A stretch of 64,000 bases of DNA from Octopus sinensis (taxonomy: Eukaryota). The stretch lies in contig NC_042999.1 of assembly GCF_006345805.1 (NCBI RefSeq), positions 138,012,001 to 138,076,000 on the forward strand, written 5' to 3'. Positions within the stretch are counted from its first letter, which is position 1. Every line of letters starts with the position of its first letter. The translations under genes were made by a program, and so were the position numbers. Below are positions 22,561 to 36,110 of the stretch, piece after piece. The notes under the pieces are model-generated. The model made no database searches, was not told the origin of the DNA, and was given only the letters and a program-made list of their open reading frames with translations.

Positions 22561-25500
22561 TTTATAGTCTATCACTGCCAGTTTATAAATGCATGTTGTT
22601 AGCTCGGGCGTATGGCTAAGAAACTATCAAGTTACACAACACGGTTCTGGACTTCATCTCAATATGCAGTAGTTTGGGAAAAAATTTCTATCATAGACTC
22701 GAATCAATCCAAGCCCTGATAGTAAAATTTGGTTGTTGGAAGGATTGTATCTGTTCTTGGATTGTAGAATTAATCTATTGTCCAGTTTAGTATCACCACG
22801 TAGTATTTGGTATCACCGTATAGCATAGTATTTGACCGAGTTCACTCTATTAGAGGATCGGAGTAACTTCCAGTGTAAGAAAAAAAAAAACTGCTGAAGA
22901 TGTGTGCCATCTACAATCAATCAATCAATCTGTTCAGGCGACTTGTTCGTACTAATGTAACTCTTTCACACCAGACGAGTTTCAGACGAGCGACGAGGCA
23001 TGAATGTCTGGCTTGGGTTTTTATCACATCGGTCTTTACCTAGCTGAAATACCCCAACTCCACATGCTACGATGACAGGCGATAGCAGTAGTTCGCTAAC
23101 TGAACTGGTTGGTCTTGTCCGTTGACAGTTTGTTGTCTGTTCATTCGCTCAGCTTCTAGTGATATTCACTACTGATTCAATGCATTCATCTACCGAAACA
23201 GTTCACCTCCAACACGGTGCATCCTATGATTCAACGTAACCTTGCTCGGGTGCTTATATGCTAAGTGTCTCATAGCTGGGTCTCCGACAGATACTACTAC
23301 TACTACTACGGGTCAGAGTAGACTTTGGAAAAAATGATAAAGTTCGTGAAATATCAATTAAGTTTAACTGATATCAGAAGAAGTTTAATTCCTGACTTGA
23401 GTCGAAAGTCTAACGTTTTTGGTTCCAATCTCAAAATAACCCACGTGGCACGCTTGGTTTCTACCTCACTTTCGTGCCATCAGTCTTGGAGGCCTTACAA
23501 ACATGCCATGATTACTGGGTCTATTAAACTAACCAAGTCATTAAAAAATCTGAGGTTTTTAAGGATTCATCAGCAAATTAAATAAGCAAAGACACTGAAA
23601 GAAAAGAAAAGGTTTTCTTCTCATTACCGATAAGCATTTATTATTTTATGCTTACATTATATTGTTTTTGCATATTTTATATTTCATTTAAACTACAAAC
23701 TCGAGAGCAATTCTCGAAAAGTCAGAACTCACCTCTCACAGCCCACGAATTAATCTCACCCGTTTTACTAACTGCATTTTTTGGTCGACGTAGATCATCG
23801 CCATTTTCCTTAGATTAGTTGTTGTTGCCCATGTCGTTTAGCGCCAAGTCAGCCCTGGACTGAACAGCCCTATGATTAATGACATTATAACTGTGGCCAT
23901 CCCGTTTTAGTAGAAATATGTAGGACTATATTTCACAATGTTACCGTTCTTTTTCAAAACAGCAGGTTGTAAATGAGGGAGATTTGGCTGCTATGGCTAT
24001 CAGATTCTTATTAGCCTGTCTACTTTTGTAGTAACATATTTTGTACACTGTTAAAAAAACAAAACAAAAAACAACAACAAAAACAAAAAGACAAAAACAA
24101 AAAATGCAAAAAACACCGTCATTATTTATGCTACAGAATAGTGGAAGTTGTCGGTGTAGAAGATATTCAGACTGGATGTGTCAATGCTTCTCTATTTGAT
24201 ATCCTCAATTATTTCATATCTGAATCAAAATTATATTGCATTATTCATGCGTCGTTAAAAAGTACATATATTATCCTAGATTCTATTTGATATGACTTCA
24301 ATTCTTTCACAAGAGTAGCTTTCTGCCAAGACAAAAATATGAAAGAAAAAGTATTGCTAACATATAACCAAATAATTCGAATTTTTCCGATTCTTTAAAA
24401 ACATCTTATGTAGGTATAACGGAAGCGGTAAGAGGATGTTATTACATTCATGATTTCACATGACGTAAATCAAGCGAAATAGCTTTAATCGGGAATTGAA
24501 ACTGGGTCAAGAATTACACCCAACTTCCAACTTGATTTTTCTTTGTTTCAATTTACAACTTCTCAAATTTCATCACTAATCACTACTTCAATTAAGTAAT
24601 CACAGTTATAATTTTTATGTAAAATAATGAACAACTCTTATGATATATAAAATGAGATGGCGATTCTTTTACGAACGAAAATGAATCGGCGAGTTGGTGC
24701 TTTTTATAAATCTAGGTAGTGTTAAGAGGATGGGAGATAAATCTCCTCCTGGAAAGGGCGCTAGTCCTACTGCTCACAGTTTTTGTTATCTCAACGTCAC
24801 TGCACTGACGGCGCTTATAGCAGTGGGTTACACCACATGCAGTGTCTGTTTACAATTTTAGTGATACAATGTTTTCCTAGACAGATGCACTTGTAATTTG
24901 AAGAACTTTTACGCAGCTAGTCAACCTATTAAAAATAACAACTAAATATTCTTAAAACCCCACACTACCATCTTGAGCCAATGAAAGGGCTTCTACGCAG
25001 TTGCTAGATCTGTTAGAATTGCAGCCAAATCTACATCGAACTAAGCCCTAATCTCTTAAAATGGAAGACACATTTTAGAATGTAGTTCTCGATATACTAT
25101 GTTGGATAAAAAGAAGAGACAGTCAAGACTGCTACACATTTAATCATAAGTCTGTTCAAGTTAGATATCAAAAGCAATTTACAATTTGGTGGATTCTGCT
25201 GCCGAGAACAAAAATTTTAGTGACACAATATAAAGTCTGAGAAAAGCTGTTTCTTAGTTGTTATATACATAACACACACACACACGCACACATACATACA
25301 CACATACATACATACACACACACTCACGCACACACATACGCATACAGACAGAGACATACACACACATACACATATACATATGTATACATATATTAGTGAA
25401 AAGGTGGTTTGCTGTGCTACTTAGTATACATATATATACTAAAATTGAAAAACGTGCATGTTCAAAAGGGTTTCAGAATGTCATATAAACCTTATAAAGT

Positions 25501-25825
25501 ATGAGACTAGCATTGTTGCTAAAAAATACTGGAATCACTATTTGTTGTGCATTCTGTGGCATCTTAAAACGAAAAGAGACTCATATGTGAATTACTATAT
25601 AATTAATATAAAAATTTGAAAATGTACAAAATATGATCTTTAACTTCGAATAAGTAACTTCATTATAATATTATTCATACCAAAGTATATATAAAACATA
25701 TTTCACATTGTATGCAAATTACCTGGAAAATATAAAAAAAAAACTGGCTTTATGATGAAGTCGAATCTATGTAACAGCGAAAGTACGTAACCGAAATAAT
25801 TATAAGCAAAGATAATTAGCATTAT

Positions 25826-27755
25826 GTTAGTTAGTTAGTTAGTTAATTTGGCTCAAAAGCAAATAGCAAGGCCATGTAGGGGGACATGGAGTTAAGTACA
25901 GGGTGGTGTTCATGTAAAGAGTTCAGGCCACTTGAGGTCCAGGGAGGCTTTGAACAAAGCGGTCGTCGGCATCTTCACCATCTCGTCTGGCAGCTTGTTC
26001 CACGGATCCGCAACCCGGACGGAGAAAGCTCCTCTCCTTCGATTGAGATGAAATCGTCGCAGGTAGAGCTTTTCGGAATGACCCCGCAGCCGACGCTCCG
26101 GAGCAGGAGTGAAGAACAGCTCTTTCGAGAGGTTACACTTCCCGCTTATGATGTTGTGGGCGAGAATGAGATCACCACGGCGGCGGCGTTTTTCAAGAGA
26201 ATAAAGGTCGAGCGTCCTCAGCCTTTCTTCGTAGACAAATTTTTGAGACCATGAACCATGCGGGTAGCCAGCCTCTGGACTCTTTCGAGATGCTGTATGT
26301 CTTTGAGGAGATAAGGAGAAGAGGCTTGAATCCCATACTCCAATATGGGTCTCACCAGCGTGACATAGAGTGGTAGGAATATGGCTGCTGTGAGCATTCC
26401 GAATGACCGTCGAATCAAAAACAGAATTCCGCGCGCTTTGTTGGCAGCATGGACGCACTGGGCCGAAGGCGAAAAGGAGGAATCCACCAAGATACCCAGG
26501 TCCTTTACCTGATCGGTCCTCTCCAGCAGCAGACGACCCGGCTCGAAATCAAGTTGAGTTGAGTTGCAGTAGAGCCGACAGGCAGATGACAGCACTTTGA
26601 CACGTTCAGACACAGGTCCCAATCGTTAGACCACTTCCAAATTTGGTGGAGGCATCGACGAAGATCCTCTATACTACCGCGAGGAGCGACCAGTTTGATA
26701 TCGTCGGCAAATAGAAGGGTGTGTTGCGTGAGGTCGTCGGGAAAGTCATTTATGAAGACTAAGAACAACAAGGGCCCAAGCACTGAACCTTGAGGCACGC
26801 CACTGCTCGCACTGGAGACGTCGGACCGCGAACCATTAACTTGAACTTGGAAGGAGCGATCTGAGAGGAAGGCACCAACCCATCGTACAATATCCGGATG
26901 GAAACTATATGCTTGAAGCTTGACAAGTAGTAGGCGGTGGTTTACCGAGTCAAAAGCTTTGGCAAAGTCCAATAAAACGATGTCAACAGCATCACTATCA
27001 TCGAGGATGCGCGTCACCAATTCTTCCATTACTAGTAAGTTGGTCAAGCATGATCTCTTCGGTACGAAGCCGTGTTGGGAATAAGTGATCGAGGCTGTGT
27101 TTAGGAGGTGGAGCATCATACTTTTCTTAGGATGGTTTCGAGCATCTTGCTGATTATTGATGTAAGGGAAACCGGTCGGTTTAAGCGGGTCTTCGCGGCT
27201 CCCTTTCTTGAAAATTGGGCAGATTATCGCTGTTCTCCAGTCTGCAGGTATAACACCCGTCGCCAATGACATATTGAATAGTCGTGTTAAGGGCTCGCAG
27301 ATGACCGGAGCCAACGCTTTGATAACCCGTGGGTGTATGCCGTCAGGGCCGTGACCCTTGTTGACATCGAGGCCTTGAATAACACGTTTGACTTCGTCCC
27401 GCGTGATGACCAATCGAAGCATTGGAGGTACCGATCTATCAAATGGAGGGGGTTCACGACCATCATCTTGTTTGAAAATAGTTGAAAAAGCCTCGGCAAA
27501 TAATTGACTCTGTTGATAAGGGTCCTCAATCGATACGCCTGTTGAGTCTACCAACGTTGCAATCTGGTTGTTCAAGCGGGAATTCCACTGGACATGGGCA
27601 AAGAAGGTTTTTGGATTGCTATTGGCATTTGCCGCGATTTTGTATTCATAACTGAAGCGTTCTTTCTTTTCAATTTTCACGGCTCGGTCTCGTTGAGTTT
27701 TGTACACCTCAAAAGCTGCAGTCGAATCCAGATTTTTGAATTCAGCCCAAGCAAT
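25826..27755 (-). mobile_element. 5'-truncated CR1-clade LINE (reverse transcriptase, C-terminus, 3' UTR, (TAAC)n tail), frameshifted
   Basis: ORFs 26505-27707, 26218-26622 and 25910-26458 contain GPDGIHPRVIK, QHGFVPKRSCLTNLL, LDFAKAFDSVNH, GVPQGSVLGPLLF, LLFADDIKL, VKDLGILVD, RPILEYG and YEERLRTLDLYSLEKRRRRGDLI. Tail at 25826-25845. Confidence 0.95.
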
Positions 27756-28440
27756 ATCTCATATTAAAGGAATAGTTATGCGAATTAAATTATTACTAAA
27801 TTATTTTTGATTGATTACTTGTAAATTTATAAAAATTATCATTCATAGATTGAATTATTGCGAAATGATGACAGTAGTATTTGTACGCAATTGTTTTGTT
27901 AAAATTGAGTATACGATAATTTAACTTAATTTCGATGAACTAAACACATTTCTTTCGATAAAAAGATATCACAGAATGTACAGCATATAGTGATTCCAAT
28001 ATTTTTGAACAACAATGCTAGTCCCATACTTTTATTAAGACATTCCATAACCCTTTTGAGCGTGCGCATTTTTCAATTCTAGTTTCATACTTTTTAAGGC
28101 AACGTTTGTAATATTTTATATATGTACCGTATTTCTCCTAATGGTGTAGCAACCTCTAATAAACTGACACCCAAACGCCGACCATTTGGAATAGTGTGAC
28201 TGTCACAATATTAAAAAATGTACGATAAAATCGATAATAATTGTCGTATCATTAATAATATATTATTAATGTAAGATACATTCAACATTATAAGCTGTTC
28301 TACAAAGAAATATATTAAAAAAATATTAATAATATTAATAAAAAAAAAAAATCATTGACAAAATCTAAAACGACATACCATGCAACGAAGAGAAGGCGAA
28401 AATGAATAAGACAAAAACTCTCGAAGACAGCTGCATGCCA

Positions 28441-28862
28441 GACTATCGCTCATTGGTTGAAAATTAACCAATAAAACACGATCACCGCGCAAACGGCCAC
28501 GACCCCCTTACACTTTCATTCGCAACCTAAGCATATTTTCTCAAAAACAGTAGACTTGCTTATGACATTCTGTTATCGGTTACTGCGTGCCTGAAAAATA
28601 TACTGTTTGGTGAAGCTTCAACAAGTTGGATTGCGTTCGATCAGCAAAGAAAGTAATGAAAACCACACTTCCTGTGAAATACAGCTACCCAGGGTTTCCC
28701 GGCCGAAATATATTAAGTTGCTAGCTGAACAGTTCGTCGTTGCCGGTCAATTATTACAATAGAATGTCTTATATAAATTTTTGTTTATTCCATGCCAGAC
28801 CATGCCTTCCCTGGCAGATAGACCTCTTGATCAGAACAGATTTGTGCAATTTTTCGCAAAAA
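28441..28862. promoter_or_regulatory. Candidate inducible promoter (CCAAT pair, ETS, kB-like, TATA, C/EBP-like sites)
   Basis: ATTGG/CCAAT at 28452-28472, CACTTCCTG at 28666-28674, GGGTTTCCC at 28692-28700, TATATAAA at 28770-28777, TTGTGCAAT at 28842-28850, TTTCGCAAA at 28852-28860. Locally CpG-richer than the flanks. Motif-only support. Confidence 0.25.
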
Positions 28863-30322
28863 ATTTCGTTGAGGACTTTTTACTTTTTAAATTATTTACA
28901 TGTCTGTTCGACCGTTTCATATGACTTTATTAATTAAAACTTATTAAAATATCAGAAGTTCTTACAACTTTGGTCGTCGTAATGCTTTGCTTTCGGTTGT
29001 TTAATAAAAATTCCTCCTCGTAATGATTTTGCTTTCATTTTATGATAGACAGCTATCGTGCCGAAGATACCAGCTTCCAAATCCTGTTTCCTGATTAAAT
29101 AAAATTGATTAAACTTTAAACCTCAGTCCCATTTTTCTGCAATTTTTATGTAACAAAATAGGATTTTACAGGGAAAATTATTTCAATATTCCAAATTTGA
29201 AAACTTTGACGTAATTTAAAAATTTTACAATATGTGACAGCAATAGGGAAGACCTTACAAAAGGAGAGAGTGAGACAAACAGTTATAGGACATCACACAC
29301 ACGCACACACATTTACAAACGTACATACAAGTAGTCGCGAGTTTATAATGGTGTATACTAGACATGTATGTATGTATGTATGTATGTATGTATGTATGTA
29401 TGTATGTATACATATATATAAGTATGTGTGAATTTGTGTGTGAGTGTTTCTTTGCGATGGACAGCAGAAAAGCCACCTACCCAATCTCTCCTTAAGGCTA
29501 CGTATTCCTCATACCCACCTTTTTTTTCCCTTCCTTGGTGTTTTAAAAGTTGCCATTGACAGCTGTATTAACGTTATCATCCCACTGCTACTCTATATTT
29601 GTCGCTTAGACAACGCTGTTCTTCCCTTCCATGATATCAGTCACATTCACTATACTACCTCATTTGCCTCACACTAACACTCTTTGCACCCTTCTCATTT
29701 TATCACATAATAGCCCAACCCGCCTAGGATGCCCATTATAGATTTTAACTGAAATCCAATTAGACTATAATTGAACTGGATGTTAGTTTAACATGTATGC
29801 AAAGTTTTGTCAAGATTGGTTCATGGTGTAGGCAGCAAGATAGTAATAGACATATCGACAGACAGAAATTGCCATTTATGTATAAGATTTCGCCATTTTT
29901 CAAGCTGATAGAAACAACGGTTTGTCTGCTGCGTTTAAAGTAGTTGATGTTTGAATGGGAACGCTCATATAGAAAAAAAAAAAACACGAAAGAAACGCAG
30001 GGATAAAAACAGAGGGAAGACAACCAAAATTACAACAAACATTAATTATATCAAAAATACAGAAAGCAGATGAGAATAGTTTTAGGTGTGTCCGGTGGTC
30101 TATCTTTAATCTCTGCTAAGATGCATTTTTAAAAATACTTAATACCATCGTAGCGATATATGGTATTTTATTTTTGTCGGGTTAGCCAATCTTGAGATTC
30201 ACGCGGCTGACTCAACCCAAATAATATATATATATATATACATACTTTAAACGAAAACGAGTTAAGAGAAATAGCTCGAAGTGGCCAGTGGCATATATTT
30301 TCATAATTAAAAATATTAATTT

Positions 30323-30600
30323 CTAACCTCGGTACAAGGTTAAACAAAGAGAGCTGTTGGTTAAAATGATCCCACAGTATATATTCTTTCGTCCAAGGTT
30401 GGGCTTGAAAGGGAAATTCAGTTTTGACAGGATTTGAACGGAGAGGGATATCACTAAATATCTTCCTTTACAATTTCTGCCAGTTGAACATGACCGATCT
30501 TTCTCACGGAGAGATACTGTAACCACGTTGTTATCTTGTATATTTTCGACTTTACGAAACACTGCATAGTCTGACATTTAGATTTCTTCATCCGGTACCT
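30323..30600 (-). mobile_element. Decayed LINE apurinic-endonuclease remnant
   Basis: VPDEEI*MSDYAVFRK...LCLTLYR resembles the APE EI..PGY.LFR.DR and VYRPP blocks. Confidence 0.35.
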
Positions 30601-30664
30601 AGACTGTCAAATATATTTCCGTCAGTTATATTATGCACGATTCTCGTTTGGATGTGACAAGCAG

Positions 30665-30766
<102 letters not shown>

Positions 30767-31214
30767 CACATTATTTTTGCTTTTGTCATTTAACTACGAT
30801 ACAGCTCTCTTGATGACAAACAGTATGGACTTAGTGTAGATTTTGATTGCCTATCTTTTGAACTAACAATATTTATTTTCAAATGAATAGGTCTAAGAAT
30901 ACATTTTATTCGTTTACTTTTTCCGGCCTTTGGACTAGGGCTATGTTGGAATTCAAACATAAAGGATTTCTCGATCATATTTACTCTATCCAGTACTTAT
31001 TTTATAGGTTCATTTTGCCAAAATGCTTCGTCATGGGGACAGAGCAAGCCAACACCGGCTGTCAAGCAGTCCAAGACAATTACAAAGACGCAGACATATG
31101 TGTACATGTACAAACAAACAGACAGACACGCTCACATGCGTATATATATGTATGTGTGTATATGTGTGTATATACATATATACACTGCCTTGAAGAACGT
31201 TAGTCGAATAACTC

Positions 31215-31510
31215 GACCACATTGCTTATTCTATCGGTATCTTTTGCCGAACCGCTAGTTTATACATGGAGACGTAAACACACCAATGCCGGTTGTCAGA
31301 CGAACGGTGGAAGGTGACAAACACAGAGACACATACTCACACGCACATATAGTAGATGGGCTTCTTTCAGTTCCCATCTACCAATCATCTCACAAGGTTT
31401 TTATCAGCCTGGGGCTATAGAAGAAGACAGCTGCCCAAGGTGCCTCGCAGTAGGACTGAACCCGGAACCATGTGGTTGAGAAGCAAACTTCTTACCATAC
31501 AGCCACTCAC
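31215..31510 (-). mobile_element. SINE family A copy
   Basis: Reverse complement of the family A head, core and 3' half. Confidence 0.8.
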
Positions 31511-31676
31511 ACACCTCTGAACCTCCACATGCATATCTTCAAAGGGTAACCTTGATATCGAAGCTGCACAAAAGCTGTCTTTTCAAATTGCATTGGGAAA
31601 ATAGAAAGTATATTTACAAATCTAATTGTCAATGTTTATTCAAATTAGTATAATTATATATATATATATATATAAT

Positions 31677-31770
<94 letters not shown>

Positions 31771-31773
<3 letters not shown>

Positions 31774-31920
31774 CGCAAGCATGGCTGAGTGATTAAGAAG
31801 CTCGTTTTGCAACCATGTGGTTCCTAGTTCAGTCCTACTTCGTGGCGTCTTCTACTATAGCCCCGGGCCGACCAATGCCTTGTGACTAAATTTGGTAGCT
31901 GAAAACTATTTGGAAGCTCG

Positions 31921-31975
<55 letters not shown>

Positions 31976-32168
31976 ATATATAATTTCAACAATTGAGGGT
32001 AAAATTAATTAATTATTAATCAATTTCACCAAGTATTCAGTATGTAAAGGGACCATTTAAGGCGAATTCAAAATATTACATTTTATAAGGGCTTAGTAAA
32101 ATAAATTACTTTGCCACATTCAGTATGTGGCAAAGTAATTTATTTTACTAAGCCCTTTATAAAATGTA

Positions 32169-32228
<60 letters not shown>

Positions 32229-32487
32229 GTGTGTGTGGTGTGTGTGTGTGTGGTGTGTGTGTGTGTGTGTATGTGTGTGTGTGTGTGTGTGTGTGCTTGT
32301 TCCTACATCACTTACGAACCAGTGTTGCTTTGTGTGCATCTCCATAACTTAGCGGTTCGTCAAAAGACACCGGCACAATATGTACTAGCCTTAGAATTAA
32401 GTCCTGAGTCGATTTGTTCAACTAACCCCTTGAGGGCGGTATCCCAACATGGCCGCAGTCTGAAGTCTGTAAACAAATAAAAGATAG
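31771..32487 (+). mobile_element. SINE family A copy (5' half 31771-31922, 3' half about 32290-32487) interrupted in its internal (TA)n by a fold-back element
   Basis: AGGCGCAAGCATGGCTGAGTG head, and TTAGCGGTTCGTCAAAAG...CATGGCCGCAGTC 3' end. Confidence 0.75.
31981..32171 (+). repeat. AT-rich interspersed element ending in a 46/47-bp-arm fold-back palindrome
   Basis: Arms at 32074-32119 and 32125-32171 with loop TCAGT. Body 31981-32073 is the reverse complement of 35331-35425. Confidence 0.9.
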
Positions 32488-33231
32488 AAAATGAATTTAG
32501 TACGGACTATAAAGTGATGTCATTTACTCCGTATTGATTTGATGTGTGAAAATTAAAATATGTTCGTTATATATTCCCGATGATTCATAAATCAGTTTGC
32601 TTTTGTCTGTCGTTGAGTAATAATGTGCAACAGGTATTTTTGTGCTTTTTAAATACAATTGGTATTGTTCTATTAAATAAACCAGCCTTACTGTACATGA
32701 AACACAGGAAAACAAAACGCATGTCCCGCAAATGCTTATATTATAAAAAAGGCAAAGGCTATTATACTGTAACAGAAACTTAATGCAATAGAACGTCAAA
32801 AACTTGGCGATAGCAATGGCGCATTTTGAACAACGGTCTTGGTATGAATGAATTGGCTCTTCTAAATGTAATGAAACATCCAGTTGTTTTTTTGGTTAAC
32901 GAACAACTAAGAAAAATCGAAGCAATGTCATAATATACATGAAGCATATTACTGTATATAGTGAATTTTGTAATCAAAAACGTATTCTTATTTTCAAAAC
33001 TACAATTCAAGCAAAATCTTTGAGAATATTTACATCCAGAAAAATTAATAGTAATCTAAACAACATTGATGAGTCACTCAATACAAGCAGTGGCTGATAT
33101 GAACGAGTCAGAAGTAGAAACCAGTTGCATACTGCAAAAAATTAGTGGAAACTCAACTGGTGTTGATAAAGAAGCGGCAGTTAAGTATCTTTCTTTGAAG
33201 AAATTGAAGAATTTGGTTATGCAAAACAGTA

Positions 33232-33654
33232 ACTCTTTACTCTTTACTCTTTTACTTGTTTCAGTCATTTGACTGCGGCCATGCTGGTGCACCGCCTTCA
33301 GTCGAGCAAATCGACCCCGGGACTTATTCTTTGTAAGCCCAGTACTTATTCTATCGGTCTCTTTTGCCGAAACGCTAAGTGACGGGGACGCAAACACACA
33401 AGCATCGGTTGTCAAGCAATGCTAGGAGGACAAACACAGACACACAAACACACAAACATACACACACATACATATATATATACATATATACGACAGGCTT
33501 CTTTCAGTTTCCGTCTACCAAATCCACTCACAAGGCATTGGTCGGCCCGGGGCTATAGCAGAAGACACTTGCCCAAGATGCCACGCAGTGGGACTGAACC
33601 CGGAACCATGTGGTTGGTTAGCAAGCTACTTACCACACAGCCACTCCTGCGCCT
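33232..33654 (-). mobile_element. SINE family A, full length
   Basis: Head AGGCGCAGGAGTGGCTGTGTGGTAAG, B-box-like GGTTCAGTCCC, CTTGGGCAAGTG core, internal (TA)/(TG) microsatellite, 3' GGCGGTGCACCAGCATGGCCGCAGTC and (AAAGAGT)n tail. Confidence 0.9.
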
Positions 33655-33729
33655 AACTATATATTAAAAAAAATATATTTCGTATATATTTTTGTCTAGC
33701 ATTTAAAAAACATTGTAAGCCAAGTAATA

Positions 33730-34070
33730 TCGGTTTCAAATGTTGGCACAAGATCAGCAGTTTCGAGAAAAGGAGTAAGTTCATCCTTTCGGGGTCGATT
33801 AAATAAGTACCAGTTACGCACTGGAGTCGATATAATCGACTTAATCCGTTTGTCTGTCCTTGTTTGTCCTCTCTGTGTTTAGCCCCTTGTGGGTAGTAAA
33901 GAAATAGGTATTTCGTCCGTCTTAATGTTCTGAGTTCAAATTCCGCCGAGGTCGACTTTACTTTCATCATTTCGGGGTCGATAAATTAAGTACCAGTTGC
34001 GTACTGGGGTCGATCTAATCGATTGTCCCCCTCCCTAAAAATTTCAGGCCTTGTGCCTAGAGTAGAAAAT
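33730..34070 (+). mobile_element. SINE family B dimer-type copy with a short inverted piece at its left end
   Basis: Contains the AAAGAAATAG/GTATTTCGTC junction near 33900. Confidence 0.8.
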
Positions 34071-34864
34071 ACTTTTGGTCATAGGTTAACCCGGTTAGTG
34101 TTGACCTAGGGCTAAACAAGAAGAAGTAGAAGAAGAGAGTTAAAGCTAAACATTGGTGGCTTCTTTTACATAAACACTACAAAACCCTTAGGAGACTTTA
34201 GCGGAAGTAATATTTCCCATGATTCTTACATATTTCTTTACTATTTTTTTTTTGTTTGAAGTTAATTTCAAGAGGTTGTCTGCGAGCTTAATAGCTTAAG
34301 TGTTTAGAGCATCTCACCAGATGGCGAATACTGTTATTTCGATTATACGCTACATTTTTTTTCTCGAGCATGTTTAAATTTCTACCATTATGGTTATCGT
34401 ATATGACATTTCCTTTGTTTTTCACTGTGTGTATGTGTGTCTAGTAGTACAGGTGTTATAGTGTCACTTTATAACAGGCACCTAACTTGCTTTCTGCTGC
34501 GAGACGAGTCTCTGACGTAATCTAAAGTAGATCACTACTTTATTTTTAGTTGTGCAACGCGTTTGGCTGACTTGTTTTCAAACGGTTGGTTTTTTTTCTC
34601 CAGTATCATGAAGGATGATTTCGTTGATAATGGACAATACCCAATAGGCCAGTAGCTCTTGATATCTTAAGATATAGATAGGTGAGCCATGAAAATAATA
34701 TAAATACCTTTAAAATAGTGAAAAATATAAACTAAAATTCTAAAAGTAAAATCTTGATAAGTCTGTTTCATTTGTTGAAGTAGTCAATGATATTTTTTCT
34801 AAAGTACTTAATAATTTCTTGTACTTTGAATTTAATTTTTAAAGGTAAATATGTATATATTTTA

Positions 34865-35068
34865 TTACTTGTTTCAGTCATTTGATTGCGGCCATGCTGG
34901 AGTACCGCCTTTAGTCGAACAAATCGACCCCAGGACTTATTCTTTGTAAGCCCAGTACTTATTCTATCGGTGTCTTTTGCCGAACCGCTAAATTACAGGG
35001 GCATAAACACACCAGCATCGGTTATCAAGCGATAGTTGGGAGACAAGCACAGATTCAAAGACACACAT
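34865..35068 (-). mobile_element. SINE family A 3' half
   Basis: TTACTTGTTTCAGTCATTTGATTGCGGCCATGCTGG. Confidence 0.8.
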
Positions 35069-35092
35069 CTTATATATATATATATATATATA

Positions 35093-35425
35093 TACATTAT
35101 ATAAAAGGGCTTAGTAAAATAAATTACTTTGCCACATACTGAACTCATTAGAAATAGTAGCTAAAAAAACTTTTTTAAAACTATTTCTAATACTTAAAGC
35201 AAACACTATATGAGAGAGATTTTCTTTAAGTATTAGAAATAGTTTTAAAAAAGTTTTTTTAGCTACTATTTCTAATGAGTTCAGTATGCGGCAAAGTAAT
35301 TTATTTTACTAAGCCCTTTTATATAATGTAATAATTTGAATTCGCCTTAAATGGTCCCTTTACATACTGAATACTTGGTGAAATTGATTAATAATTAATT
35401 AATTTTACCCTCAATTGTTGAAATT
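35093..35425 (-). repeat. Same AT-rich element as 31981-32171, with a 107-bp-arm fold-back palindrome
   Basis: Arms at 35093-35199 and 35224-35330, one mismatch seen, 24-nt spacer. (TA)n on both sides. Confidence 0.9.
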
Positions 35426-35434
35426 ATATATATA

Positions 35435-35522
<88 letters not shown>

Positions 35523-35531
35523 ATACATGAA

Positions 35532-35600
35532 TGTGAATGGCGGTGCTGCATCATGGCCACAGCTCGTGAGCTGAAACTAGATAAAATGAAAAAAAAAAAA
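35532..35600 (+). mobile_element. Ultra-short 3' end of the LINE family seen at 1110-1880
   Basis: ATGGCGGTGCTGCATCATGGCCACAGCTCGTGAGCTGAAACTAGAT plus an A tail matches the 3' UTR at 1126-1175. Confidence 0.75.
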
Positions 35601-35744
35601 TGAATACACATATGAAAGCAATATCAGGGAAGTCGATAAAGTTTTTCTTTGTGACAAAATTAGAAGGGCAACGTGGCAACGTCCATAACATTTTTACAGG
35701 ACTTTCAAGATTGATGAGTGATAAGAAAGATAATCTTGAAATCC

Positions 35745-35859
35745 TCAGACTGGACACTTAGTTCAACTCGTATGCTCCGGAGAGTCACTGAAGGTCAGCT
35801 GATGGTGTTAAACCATAAATTCAGAGTGGTGTCTCTGAAGCAAGACAATCGGTAAACGA

Positions 35860-35931
<72 letters not shown>

Positions 35932-36110
35932 GCAAATGAACACCATCAATCACTTTTCTCTAGAATTCTCTTCCAGCATTGCTCGTTGTAGGTTGCTCTT
36001 CAGTAGACCTGAGTTTTCAACCAGCTGGTCAATAAATGTCCTAATAGGACGATCCTTAGGTGGCTTTCCGTGTATTGGGTCTCACATCAGCATTTGATTC
36101 ACTACTTCAC
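35745..36110 (-). mobile_element. Decayed RTE-type LINE 3' end interrupted by (CTA)n(CTG)n
   Basis: Minus-strand DPIHGKPPKDRPIRTFIDQLVENSGL resembles the RTE C-terminal W.P.HG.R..GRP..T(Y/F)IDQL motif. Confidence 0.5.

Noticed and set aside
30323-30577. 84-aa ORF as a host lectin-like exon
   Set aside because: It has an upstream in-frame stop and resembles a LINE endonuclease remnant better.
32520-33200. Possible decayed transposase or host exons
   Set aside because: Frames are broken and no motif could be named with confidence.
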